NCBI GenBank assembly: GCA_031272575.1
Contig: JAISTO010000036.1
Span: forward strand, 1 to 44,886
Length of the DNA stretch: 44,886 nt
Direction of reading: 5' to 3'
DNA from: Treponema sp.
Lineage (GTDB): Bacteria > Spirochaetota > Spirochaetia > Treponematales > Breznakiellaceae
Below, piece after piece: positions 9,442-17,248 of the stretch; within the stretch, counting starts at the first letter, position 1; the number at the start of each line of letters is the position of its first letter. A program made the translations under genes and the position numbers. The notes under the pieces were generated by a model. That model was not told the DNA's origin. It worked only from the letters and a program-made list of their open reading frames with translations, and did no database searches.

Positions 9442-9681
9442 TTAATCCGCCAGCATCGCCGCGACTGCTTCTTTCGCGGTCTTGTAGGGCCCGTAGATGT
9501 CCCGGCCTGCCAGCACATCTTCCATTGCGGCGATGGTTTCCGCATTAAAGTGCTCAGTCTCCGCATCCCCCGCTTCCTCCGCATCAGCCGGAGTAATGTA
9601 GACGATCTGATCCTTGGGAAAGCGCACCGGTGAAAAAGGCACAAATACCTCGCCGTTATAGCTCGCTTTTATGGTCTGCAT
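9442..9681 (-). CDS. type II antitoxin with a DinJ/RelB-like C-terminal region
   Basis: MQTIKASYNGEVFVPFSPV is an AbrB/DUF104-like N-terminus. NAETIAAMEDVLAGRDIYGPYKTAKEAVAAMLAD resembles the toxin-binding tail of DinJ. The stop abuts the toxin start. Confidence 0.6.
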   Translation of the reverse strand: MQTIKASYNGEVFVPFSPVRFPKDQIVYITPADAEEAGDAETEHFNAETIAAMEDVLAGRDIYGPYKTAKEAVAAMLAD

Positions 9682-9775
9682 ACCAACCTCCATGCATCCC
9701 TATTTTACCACACCTCTGCGTAAAAACCAAGGCCCGCGCGCGGGGGTGGGACGGCGCGATGTAGATGACGAGTCC

Positions 9776-9847
9776 GTCACTCCGCGACTTGGAAACGGGA
9801 CCGAGCGGTGCAAGCGCCGCGAAGGTTCCCCTCTCCATCGCGGAGTC
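9776..9847. repeat. REP-like element, long form
   Basis: Arms actccgcga (9779-9787) and tcgcggagt (9838-9846). The interior cttggaaacgggaccgag...cccctctcc is shared with the element at 32800-32911. Confidence 0.65.
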
Positions 9848-9860
9848 TCGACTGCGAGCA

Positions 9861-9887
9861 GATTCCGCGGTCGAGCCGCGGAATGAC
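9861..9887. repeat. REP-like palindromic repeat, short form
   Basis: gattccgcggtcgagccgcggaatgac is identical to 20261-20287. An extra half-site ccgcggaatgac lies at 9899-9910. Confidence 0.85.
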
Positions 9888-9945
9888 GGGGGGCCAAGCC
9901 GCGGAATGACGAAGAAAATCCGTCTATGCGTTTATCGTGGCCCCC

Positions 9946-9975
9946 TTGCCGTTCTTTTCCCCTTTGCGCTATACT
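9946..9975 (+). promoter_or_regulatory. candidate promoter in leaderless layout
   Basis: TTGCCG, 18 nt, TATACT. ATG 9982 follows 6 nt later with no Shine-Dalgarno. Confidence 0.35.
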
Positions 9976-9981
9976 GTCCCC

Positions 9982-11304
9982 ATGAACGCACTCGCAAACG
10001 AACTGAACGCCATCCTCGACGGCACGGCCGCGGGGAGGCTTCTGTCGCGGAGGGGGAGGCGGCTGTACTTCCCCCGCGGGATCATCGCGCAGTCCGCCGA
10101 GGCCAAGGCAAAAGGGCATACCGCGAACGGCACGATCGGCATCGCGCAGCAGGGGGGGCATCCGCTCATCCTGCCGGCCATCGCGGAGGCCATGCCGGGC
10201 CTGCGCCCTGAGGAGGCGGTGGCCTACGCGCCCACGGCCGGGGTCGAAGAACTGCGCCGCCTCTGGAAGGAACAGATCCTCGCGAAGAACCCCGGCCTCG
10301 ACCCGGAGCGCATCTCGCTCCCTGCGGTAACGCCGGGGCTCACGGCCGGGCTCTCGTATCTCGCGGACCTCTTCCTGGACGAGGGCCAGACCATGCTGGC
10401 AAGCGACCCCTCCTGGGATAACTACCCCCTCATCTTCGAGGAGCGTATGGGCGCGCGTTTTCGCGCCATACCCTTTTTCGGCGAGGGGCAGGGGGGCGGA
10501 GGGCTCGACCTCGAGGCCATCCGCGCCGCCATTCAAGAAGAAGCGCGGACGGGCCAGGTACGCATCGCCATCAACTTTCCCAACAACCCCTCCGGCTATG
10601 CCCCTACGGAAAGCGAGGCGCGCGCAATCGCCGCCATGCTGCGCGAGGCCGCGGAGGGGGGCGCGGACGTCTTCGTCATCTGCGATGACGCGTATTTCGG
10701 TCTTTTTTACGAGGATGACGTGTGGCCGGTCTCGCTCTTCAGCCTGCTTGCCCATCTGCACGAGCGCATAGTCGCGGCCAAGGTGGATGGCCCCATCAAA
10801 GAGGATTACGCATGGGGGCTGCGCGCGGGCTTTGTCACCTTTGGGGGCGCGGGGCTGGGGCCGGAGCACTACGATGCCCTGCAAAAAAAACTGATGGGGG
10901 CGATCCGCTCCTCCGTGTCCTGCGCGAACACGCCCGCCCAGTCCTTCCTGCTGAAGGCGCTGCGCGACCCGCGCACCCCGGACGAAAAAGCGCGCTTCCA
11001 CCGCCTCATGCAGAGCCGCTACGAGGCGGTGCGCACCTTCCTCGCAGGACATCCCAATCACCCTTACCTCAAGCCGCTCCCCTTCAACTCGGGCTACTTC
11101 ATGTGCTTCCGCTGCCAGGGCATCGACGCCGAGGCGCTCCGCCGCGCCCTGCTGGACGACTACGGCATCGGCGTGGTCGCGCTCGGCAGCGATTGCCTCC
11201 GCATCGCGTACTCGGGGCTCGACCTCGAAAAAATCCCCCTCGTGTACGAGACGATCTACAAAGCGGCGCGGAGCCTGGGGGACGGTCAGGACAAAAATGT
11301 ATAA
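9982..11304 (+). CDS. class I/II pyridoxal-phosphate aminotransferase
   Basis: Part of ORF 9937..11304, starting at MNALANELN. NFPNNPSGYAPT and the overall fold-type I pattern support the call. The opposite-strand 538-aa ORF is a GC shadow. Confidence 0.8.
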   Translation: MNALANELNAILDGTAAGRLLSRRGRRLYFPRGIIAQSAEAKAKGHTANGTIGIAQQGGHPLILPAIAEAMPGLRPEEAVAYAPTAGVEELRRLWKEQILAKNPGLDPERISLPAVTPGLTAGLSYLADLFLDEGQTMLASDPSWDNYPLIFEERMGARFRAIPFFGEGQGGGGLDLEAIRAAIQEEARTGQVRIAINFPNNPSGYAPTESEARAIAAMLREAAEGGADVFVICDDAYFGLFYEDDVWPVSLFSLLAHLHERIVAAKVDGPIKEDYAWGLRAGFVTFGGAGLGPEHYDALQKKLMGAIRSSVSCANTPAQSFLLKALRDPRTPDEKARFHRLMQSRYEAVRTFLAGHPNHPYLKPLPFNSGYFMCFRCQGIDAEALRRALLDDYGIGVVALGSDCLRIAYSGLDLEKIPLVYETIYKAARSLGDGQDKNV

Positions 11305-11371
11305 ATATTTCCCCAAAAATGTAACTTTTTAGGGGATATTTTGTATTAATTACAGGTACTGGAGGTATAGT

Positions 11372-12889
11372 ATGACATTTATGCAAAGACTTTCGACCAA
11401 AAAGGTACTCATTTTCAACCTGGTGTTGATAGGGGTACTGATCGGGTTCTCGGTGGCGTTCCTGTCGTTTACCTGCGCGGCGCCCGGAGAACGAAACAGC
11501 GCACGGGCGCAGAGCGCGTCCGGCCCTGCCGAGCCCGCGCCGGTCGAGGCGCTCGCCGCGGCGGAGAGCCTGCAAAACGCGTTCCGCTATGTGGCGGACA
11601 AGGTGCTCCCCTCGGTGGTAGAAATCAAAACGGAGACGGTGCAGAAGCAGCGCCTCCCGGACTTCGAGGGTATCCCCTGGGAGTTTTTCTTTGGCCCCCG
11701 CGGCCAGGATCGGCAGCGCGGCCAGGAGCGGGAGTACCGCTCGCAGGGCCTCGGCTCCGGCATCATCGTAAAGCAGGATGGCCGTGTCTACTATGTGCTC
11801 ACGAACAACCATGTCGTAGATGGGGCTGACAGCGGCAAGATCAGTGTGGTGAGCAACGACGGCAAAGAGTACACCGCGAAAATCGTGGGCCAGGACGAGC
11901 GCCGCGACCTCGCGATGATCTCCTTTTCCACCGGGGACACCTTCCCGGTCGCAACGCTCGGCAACTCCGACGCGATCCGCGTGGGGGACTGGGCCATCGC
12001 GGTGGGCAGCCCGCTCGGCTTCATGTCCTCGGTTACCATGGGGATAGTCAGCGCGGTGGGGCGCACCGGCGGGCCCGGCGGCAACATCAACGACTTCATT
12101 CAAACTGACGCCTCGATCAACCAGGGCAACTCCGGCGGGGCCCTCGTCAACATTAAGGGTGAAGTCATCGGCATCAACACCTGGATCGCCAGCAACAATG
12201 GGAGCGGGTCCATCGGCCTGGGCTTCGCTATCCCCATCAACAACGCGAAACGCTCGATCGACTCCTTTATCAACAAAGGTGAAATCAGCTACGGCTGGCT
12301 CGGAGTCAGTTTAACTGAGCCGTCGACGGAAACGGCCGCGGCCCTGGGCCTCGAGGGGAAAAAGGGCGCCCTCGCGGTGCAGGTCTTTATGGGCTCGCCC
12401 GCGGAAAAAGGCGGCATACGCCCCGGCGACTTCATCACTCATGTTGACGGCAAAGAAGCGCGCGGCGTAAACCAGGTAACCATGATGGTAGGCGACCTCG
12501 CGCCCGGGCAGAAGGCGGTCTTCAGCGTTATCCGCGATGGCAGCAGCCGCAACTTCACGGTGACCATCGAAGCCCGCACGGACGAAGTCGCGGCCGAGAA
12601 CCGCAAACTGTGGCCCGGCGTGCAGACGACCGTCATTACCGACGGCCTCCGCTCGCGCTTCAAGACCGGCGATTCCGCGGCCGGCGTCATCGTCGTGCAG
12701 GTCATGGAGGGCAGCCCCTCCGCCGTCATCGGGATGCAGGAAGGCGATATAATCACCGAGATCAACGACAAGCCGGTCAAGGACATCGCCGCGTTCTACA
12801 AGGTCCTCCGCGAGGAAACCGCCCGCGAACTGCGCTTCGGGTTTATCCGCAGCGGGGACGAGTTGGAGTCGCTCAAATTTAAGCGGTAG
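11372..12889 (+). CDS. htrA: HtrA/DegP-family serine protease with two PDZ domains
   Basis: TM/signal N-terminus. Catalytic motifs TNNHVV, DLAMI and GNSGGALVN are present. The C-terminal half contains two PDZ-like repeats (GSPAEKGGIRPGDFI and GSPSAVIGMQEGDII). Confidence 0.9.
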   Translation: MTFMQRLSTKKVLIFNLVLIGVLIGFSVAFLSFTCAAPGERNSARAQSASGPAEPAPVEALAAAESLQNAFRYVADKVLPSVVEIKTETVQKQRLPDFEGIPWEFFFGPRGQDRQRGQEREYRSQGLGSGIIVKQDGRVYYVLTNNHVVDGADSGKISVVSNDGKEYTAKIVGQDERRDLAMISFSTGDTFPVATLGNSDAIRVGDWAIAVGSPLGFMSSVTMGIVSAVGRTGGPGGNINDFIQTDASINQGNSGGALVNIKGEVIGINTWIASNNGSGSIGLGFAIPINNAKRSIDSFINKGEISYGWLGVSLTEPSTETAAALGLEGKKGALAVQVFMGSPAEKGGIRPGDFITHVDGKEARGVNQVTMMVGDLAPGQKAVFSVIRDGSSRNFTVTIEARTDEVAAENRKLWPGVQTTVITDGLRSRFKTGDSAAGVIVVQVMEGSPSAVIGMQEGDIITEINDKPVKDIAAFYKVLREETARELRFGFIRSGDELESLKFKR

Positions 12890-12907
12890 GATAGCCGCGG
12901 CAGCAGA

Positions 12908-12932
12908 GTTAGGGGGCTTGGAGCCCCCTAAC
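12908..12932. terminator. hairpin between convergent genes
   Basis: gttagggggc-ttgga-gccccctaac, a 10-bp stem, lies between htrA (+) and the DHH gene (-). No clear U-tract. Confidence 0.45.
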
Positions 12933-14232
12933 TCCCTATGCGCCCCTTGTGGGCCAGGTAGTCCCAGCGCGTCACGATGCCGATGAGTTTGCCGTTTTCT
13001 ACTATGGGCAGGTGCCCGATGTGGTGCTCGTAAAAGATTTTCTCGATGTCGCGCAGGGTAACGGCAGGTCCGGCGCTGAGAGGCGGCCTGGACATATAGG
13101 CGGATACCGGGGCCTTCATGGCACGGGCCTTGCGCCCCTTCATGATGTCGCGGAGGCTCAGGAAGCCGGTAACTAGCCCGTCAACATTGACGACCGGGAC
13201 GCCGGTAAGGTTCACCCGTTCAAGAAACAACGATGCTTCCCTTAAGGTTGATGTCTCGTAGATCGAGCACACGTTCGGCGTCATAATGTCCGCGGCGCGC
13301 AGGGCAGGCTTAAGCGATGTTTCGAGACGGCTGCAGAGTTCCTCGATAAAAGCGGCCGCGTCCGTGCCGCGGAACTTGGCGGAGGCCGCGGCCTGGTGCC
13401 CGCCCCCGCCGTACGCGGAGAGGAGTTCGTGCAGATCGATAGCGGGCTTTTGGCTGCGGGCGATCAGCAGCATCGTTTCGTTTTTCGGGATGACAAACAC
13501 GGCGAAGTACGCGTCCGGGTTCTGCATTTCCATGACCCGCTCGACGACCGCGGCAAGGCCCTTTACCTGCGCATCGAGTTCCAGTGTGCTGAAGAGGAGG
13601 TCGTGCCCCTGAATCTTGCGGCGCTCTATGCGGGGAAAGAGGCTGTGCAGCACTTCTATTTGCTTGTCATCTTTTATTGTTTCGAGGAAGGACTTGACGA
13701 GACGGAGGGAAGCCCCCTGGCCCAAAAGCCAGGCCGCGGCCTCGAAGTCAGCGGGGCGCGTGTTTTCGTAGAGGAGCCTGCCGGTGTCCGAGTAGATGCC
13801 GGCGAGCGCTATCGTCGCCTCCTGCGGCAGCAGGGACACGCGCCGCTTCATCGCCTTTTTCGCGAGGTAACTGGTGAGTGCGCCGGTTTTGCCATCCTCG
13901 ATGGCCTCGCAGGGTATGTCGCACAACGCTGTCTGGTGATGGTCAAAGATGCTTACCCGCGGCGGGCTCCGGCCGCGTATACGGCTAAAGTATTCCTCCA
14001 CGCGGGCCGCGCGGCAGGTATCCACAATGATGATCTGTTCGATGTCCTCGGTTTCGAGGTCTTTGGGGTTTAAGAAGTCAAAATAGCCTTCGTATAAGTT
14101 GTAGAGGTTTTGCGCGGCCGGATCCACAATGCGCGAGCGCACGAGGCGGTAATCGGGGAACAACTTCTTCACGAGGATAAGGGCGCCGAGGCAGTCCATA
14201 TCCATGTTCGTGTGGCCGAAGGCGATGTTCAT
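12928..14232 (-). CDS. DHH/DHHA1 phosphoesterase with C-terminal CBS pair
   Basis: Motifs FDHHQ and GGGGHQAAASAKF (DHHA1) are followed by two CBS-like repeats. The start overlaps the upstream stop (TAATG). Confidence 0.75.
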   Translation of the reverse strand: MNIAFGHTNMDMDCLGALILVKKLFPDYRLVRSRIVDPAAQNLYNLYEGYFDFLNPKDLETEDIEQIIIVDTCRAARVEEYFSRIRGRSPPRVSIFDHHQTALCDIPCEAIEDGKTGALTSYLAKKAMKRRVSLLPQEATIALAGIYSDTGRLLYENTRPADFEAAAWLLGQGASLRLVKSFLETIKDDKQIEVLHSLFPRIERRKIQGHDLLFSTLELDAQVKGLAAVVERVMEMQNPDAYFAVFVIPKNETMLLIARSQKPAIDLHELLSAYGGGGHQAAASAKFRGTDAAAFIEELCSRLETSLKPALRAADIMTPNVCSIYETSTLREASLFLERVNLTGVPVVNVDGLVTGFLSLRDIMKGRKARAMKAPVSAYMSRPPLSAGPAVTLRDIEKIFYEHHIGHLPIVENGKLIGIVTRWDYLAHKGRIGS

Positions 14233-15776
14233 TACCAGGTCCCCGGGGTGAGCGTATTGTTCGGATCGTACATATACTCGAGGAGTTCCCGCCAGGTTTC
14301 TACCGTGCCGTTGCAGTTCGAATTCGCCGCCTCAAGATGCCCGTAATAGTAGCCCGGTTTCCATTCATTCGTATCCTCATTTGTGTAAAACCAGTGGTAG
14401 GCGTAGTGACTTTTTCTCTCGTAGATTCTATCCCCCCTGCTGAAAAAGATCGACATACCGTTAGCGATATGCGCCCCCTCGAACACCCCGGGCGAGTGTC
14501 CACTGAGATTGTCCTTCCACGCGAAGAGGACGCCCTCCGCGAGGACGTCCTTTATGTCCTGCGCGGCAGTTTGAATCGCGGTTTCGGTCGTACCTGTAAT
14601 AAACGCATCGCAGAGGCTGCCCAGGTCGTAAAAGGGAAAATGCACACTCTCTTTGTTTTCTTGGGTGTAGGAGACCTCATTTTTGAAGTAGGCAATTTCA
14701 GCCGCTTCGCGTATGGCATTTATTTGCGCCTTGCTTATGTCACTGTTTTTCAACGCCGCTCCCAGTTCCGCCGCAAGAGTATCAACCTTTTCCTTAAGGG
14801 TATCGCATACCGAGAGATCAAACGCGCTGAGACAGTGATCATACGTATCATACCACAGTTCGGTAGACAGTTGGTAGGTGCGGGCCACTTGCTCCGCAAA
14901 ATCGCGGCCTGTGCGTATTTCCATAATTTTCTGAAAAAGCGCGGAATAATTCCAGCCCTTGTACTCGAGGCCCGGCGCGGCCGCCATGTAGGACGCGCAT
15001 TTGCGGAACTGGTACGCGATTTCGTACATAGCCATGTCGCAGTCGTCGAACCCGAGGAGGTCGAGTTTGCTGCCTTCTGAATAAAACTTCTCGAGCACTT
15101 CCTGAATTTCCGCTATAAAGAGCTGCCCATCAAGGCCGTACTCCTTGCTGACCGCATCGTAATCTTCATCGTCCGTGCACACAACCGGACTGGGCCCCGG
15201 CAGGTCGACCCCCTGGGCCTCGGAGTTCCGGGTGATGGTTTTTGCTTTTATTTCCGCGGGAGCAACGCCCCCCCCATGGTTCCACAGGATAAGCGCCTGC
15301 TTCGTACACTGCGGGTACTGCTCCCGCGCCCAGCCGACAAACTGGCGGAGTGTTTCTTTGTTGCCCATGTGCTCTTCGTCATTCGCGCCCGTCCGCCAGG
15401 GGGTCCCCCCAACGCTTGCGCTCAGTATGACACGGGAGTTGATCACGCTGGTGTTGCTGTCCGCCAGCACCTCGTAAAGCCGTGTGCCCTTCCATGCGGT
15501 CCCCCGCGACACGGTACCCTCTTTTATACGGTCGTAGAGCGCGACCACGCGGCACTTTTCCCGTTCCCCCTCCGTGAGGAACGACAGCCCCAGTTCCATG
15601 TTGTTCAGGTCGACAACGCCCTCGCTTTCGAGGCTGTTCGCACCCGCCATATACACCATGATAAGCCAGGGTTCACTGTATTCTATGCTGATATCGACAA
15701 AGAGGGGCTCGCCGCAGCCCCCCGCCAGAAGCGCAAGCGCAAGACAGAGCGAAAGCCCCCCATGGGTTCGTTTCAT
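14232..15776 (-). CDS. clostripain-like (C11) cysteine peptidase lipoprotein
   Basis: Start at MKRTHGGLSLCLALALLAGGC (lipobox). The His/Cys dyad context is ILWNHGGG and LLGFDDCDMA. The longer track ORF runs through tRNA-Leu and is rejected. Confidence 0.7.
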   Translation of the reverse strand: MKRTHGGLSLCLALALLAGGCGEPLFVDISIEYSEPWLIMVYMAGANSLESEGVVDLNNMELGLSFLTEGEREKCRVVALYDRIKEGTVSRGTAWKGTRLYEVLADSNTSVINSRVILSASVGGTPWRTGANDEEHMGNKETLRQFVGWAREQYPQCTKQALILWNHGGGVAPAEIKAKTITRNSEAQGVDLPGPSPVVCTDDEDYDAVSKEYGLDGQLFIAEIQEVLEKFYSEGSKLDLLGFDDCDMAMYEIAYQFRKCASYMAAAPGLEYKGWNYSALFQKIMEIRTGRDFAEQVARTYQLSTELWYDTYDHCLSAFDLSVCDTLKEKVDTLAAELGAALKNSDISKAQINAIREAAEIAYFKNEVSYTQENKESVHFPFYDLGSLCDAFITGTTETAIQTAAQDIKDVLAEGVLFAWKDNLSGHSPGVFEGAHIANGMSIFFSRGDRIYERKSHYAYHWFYTNEDTNEWKPGYYYGHLEAANSNCNGTVETWRELLEYMYDPNNTLTPGTW

Positions 15777-15782
15777 AGGGTA

Positions 15783-15811
15783 AATATAACAAAAAAACCG
15801 CGGCATGTCAA
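15783..15811 (-). promoter_or_regulatory. consensus promoter in leaderless layout for the C11 peptidase gene
   Basis: Minus strand reads TTGACA, 17 nt, TATATT, 6 nt, ATG 15776. Confidence 0.5.
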
Positions 15812-15820
15812 GGAGACCCC

Positions 15821-15850
15821 TTGACAAAAAAAAATCAATAAGATAAGATA
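15821..15850 (+). promoter_or_regulatory. candidate promoter for the tRNA pair
   Basis: TTGACA (15821-15826), 18 nt, TAAGAT. tRNA-Leu begins 18 nt downstream. The -35 is the right arm of the palindrome 15806-15826. Confidence 0.4.
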
Positions 15851-15867
15851 AAGATGATAATAATCTT

Positions 15868-15949
15868 GCGGCCGTGGTGGAACTGGTAGACACGCTAGCT
15901 TGAGGTGCTAGTGCCGAGAGGCATGGAAGTTCAAGTCTTCTCGGCCGCA
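15868..15949 (+). tRNA. tRNA-Leu (anticodon GAG)
   Basis: Hand-folded. Acceptor GCGGCCG/CGGCCGC, anticodon arm CTAGC-TTGAGGT-GCTAG, long variable arm, TTCAAGT T-loop. No encoded CCA. Confidence 0.85.
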
Positions 15950-15967
15950 AAAGGTTTTTCCGTTTAT

Positions 15968-16041
15968 CGCAGGGTACTATCAATGGCAGATGGCCAGGCT
16001 CATAACCTGCGCGGCTGGAGGTTCGAATCCTCTCCCTGCTA
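15968..16041 (+). tRNA. tRNA with CAT anticodon (Met or Ile2), atypical fold
   Basis: Anticodon loop CTCATAA, T-arm GGAGG-TTCGAAT-CCTCT, acceptor CGCAGGG/CCCTGCT with a 1:72 C-U mismatch. The D-arm pairs only if shifted by 1 nt. Confidence 0.55.
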
Positions 16042-16180
16042 TCTCCTCTTTTCGACAGGAATGAATGTTATGCCTCAACACCGATATGCGGCGGCAGTAG
16101 TGTTGCTGCTCCTCTCCGGCGCCCCGCTTACGGGCTGCTAAAGTCCAGGGCCTGGGCTGCCGATACTTGAAAGAGGCGAT

Positions 16181-17248
16181 ATGAAAACTTTTTTATTGTG
16201 GTGCGCGGTGCTTGCAGGAGGCGTGTTATTTATACAATGCCGCTCAACGTCTGCGTCACGAGAATCCGGGAAGGAGCTGAGCAAGACCATTGCGCTTGCC
16301 TCTGCGGAGCTCCCCATAGTCGAGGAGAGCCTGCGGCAGACTCTGATACTGCCGCAGAGTTCCTACCCTGAAATCTACGGCTACGTCATGAGCGGCCGTG
16401 AGCATACTTTTCGGAAAGATATGCCGGTGTCTGATCTTTTCTACTTTGCCGCGGAACCGAATGTCTACGGCAATTTAGTAGGCGTACCCAATCGCAAAAA
16501 ATTAGCTGCCTTTCGCGGCAAAGTACACCTCGTCGTTGCGGCCGCGAGCCCGACCCTGTTTCACTTCATTCTCCGCGAGGGGAGCGAAGAACGCAGGCAG
16601 TTGGTGAAAGATATTGCCGCCGCGTCAAAAAACTTTGACGGCCTCCAGATCGATTTCGAACAGGTGCACAAACGGGACGAAAAAGCATTCGTGTCATTTC
16701 TGAAAGAAGTCCGCAGCGGCATTGGGAACAAACTCTTTTCTATCGCGATTCCCGCGCGCACCCACCGGATTGCAAACGAGGCGTACGATTACCAAACACT
16801 CGCCGCGATTGCGGACAAGATTCTCGTGATGGCGTACGACGAACACTGGTCAGGGAGCAAGCCGGGGCCCATAGCGTCGATGGAATGGTGCAGGAAAGTC
16901 GCGGAGTACTCGATACAGACCATAGGCCCGCACAAGTTGATTATGGGGCTGCCGTTCTACGGCCGCTCCTGGGGAAGTTTCAATCCGAATACCGCGTACA
17001 TATTTTCTTCGATAGAAGAAGTACAACAGGCGCAGGGCATAAAACGCGTTAACCGAACCGATGCTATTATCCCGATGTTCGAGTATGAGCGGCCGGTCAC
17101 GGTCACCGTGTATTACGAGGATGAACAGTCCATTGCCTTCAGGCTGGCAGAGTACCGCTCCCTCGGAGTGCAGTCCGTCGGTTTCTGGCGGATAGGCCAG
17201 GAGAGCCCCGGCGTCTGGCAGACGATGCGGCTCGAGAGAAACAAATGA
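16181..17248 (+). CDS. GH18-like glycoside hydrolase (YaaH/chitinase-like)
   Basis: Signal peptide plus FDGLQIDFE, a variant of the GH18 DxxDxDxE motif that retains the catalytic Glu. Confidence 0.7.
   Translation: MKTFLLWCAVLAGGVLFIQCRSTSASRESGKELSKTIALASAELPIVEESLRQTLILPQSSYPEIYGYVMSGREHTFRKDMPVSDLFYFAAEPNVYGNLVGVPNRKKLAAFRGKVHLVVAAASPTLFHFILREGSEERRQLVKDIAAASKNFDGLQIDFEQVHKRDEKAFVSFLKEVRSGIGNKLFSIAIPARTHRIANEAYDYQTLAAIADKILVMAYDEHWSGSKPGPIASMEWCRKVAEYSIQTIGPHKLIMGLPFYGRSWGSFNPNTAYIFSSIEEVQQAQGIKRVNRTDAIIPMFEYERPVTVTVYYEDEQSIAFRLAEYRSLGVQSVGFWRIGQESPGVWQTMRLERNK

Noticed and set aside
9700-11316. 538-aa ORF antisense to the aminotransferase gene, running through REP repeats
   Set aside because: Same GC-shadow composition. 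It crosses the intergenic REP elements (the HSAARPRN peptide recurs wherever the repeat is translated), so the open frame is accidental.
11293-11371. AT-rich htrA upstream region with aaaaatgta direct repeats and an imperfect tttcccc/ggggata dyad as a stress-regulator operator
   Set aside because: The symmetry is imperfect and matches no operator I can name (it is not CIRCE). The evidence is insufficient to call a site.
15777-15983. N-terminal 69-codon extension of the C11 peptidase ORF, and the 78-aa ORF 15905..16141
   Set aside because: Both overlap the tRNA-Leu and tRNA-CAT genes. The peptidase has a proper lipoprotein signal and a consensus promoter at the internal ATG 15776.
15968-16041. 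Assigning the CAT tRNA as the initiator tRNA-fMet because of the open 1:72 pair
   Set aside because: The anticodon stem lacks the three consecutive G-C pairs characteristic of initiators, and the mismatch is C-U rather than C-A. The identity is left open.
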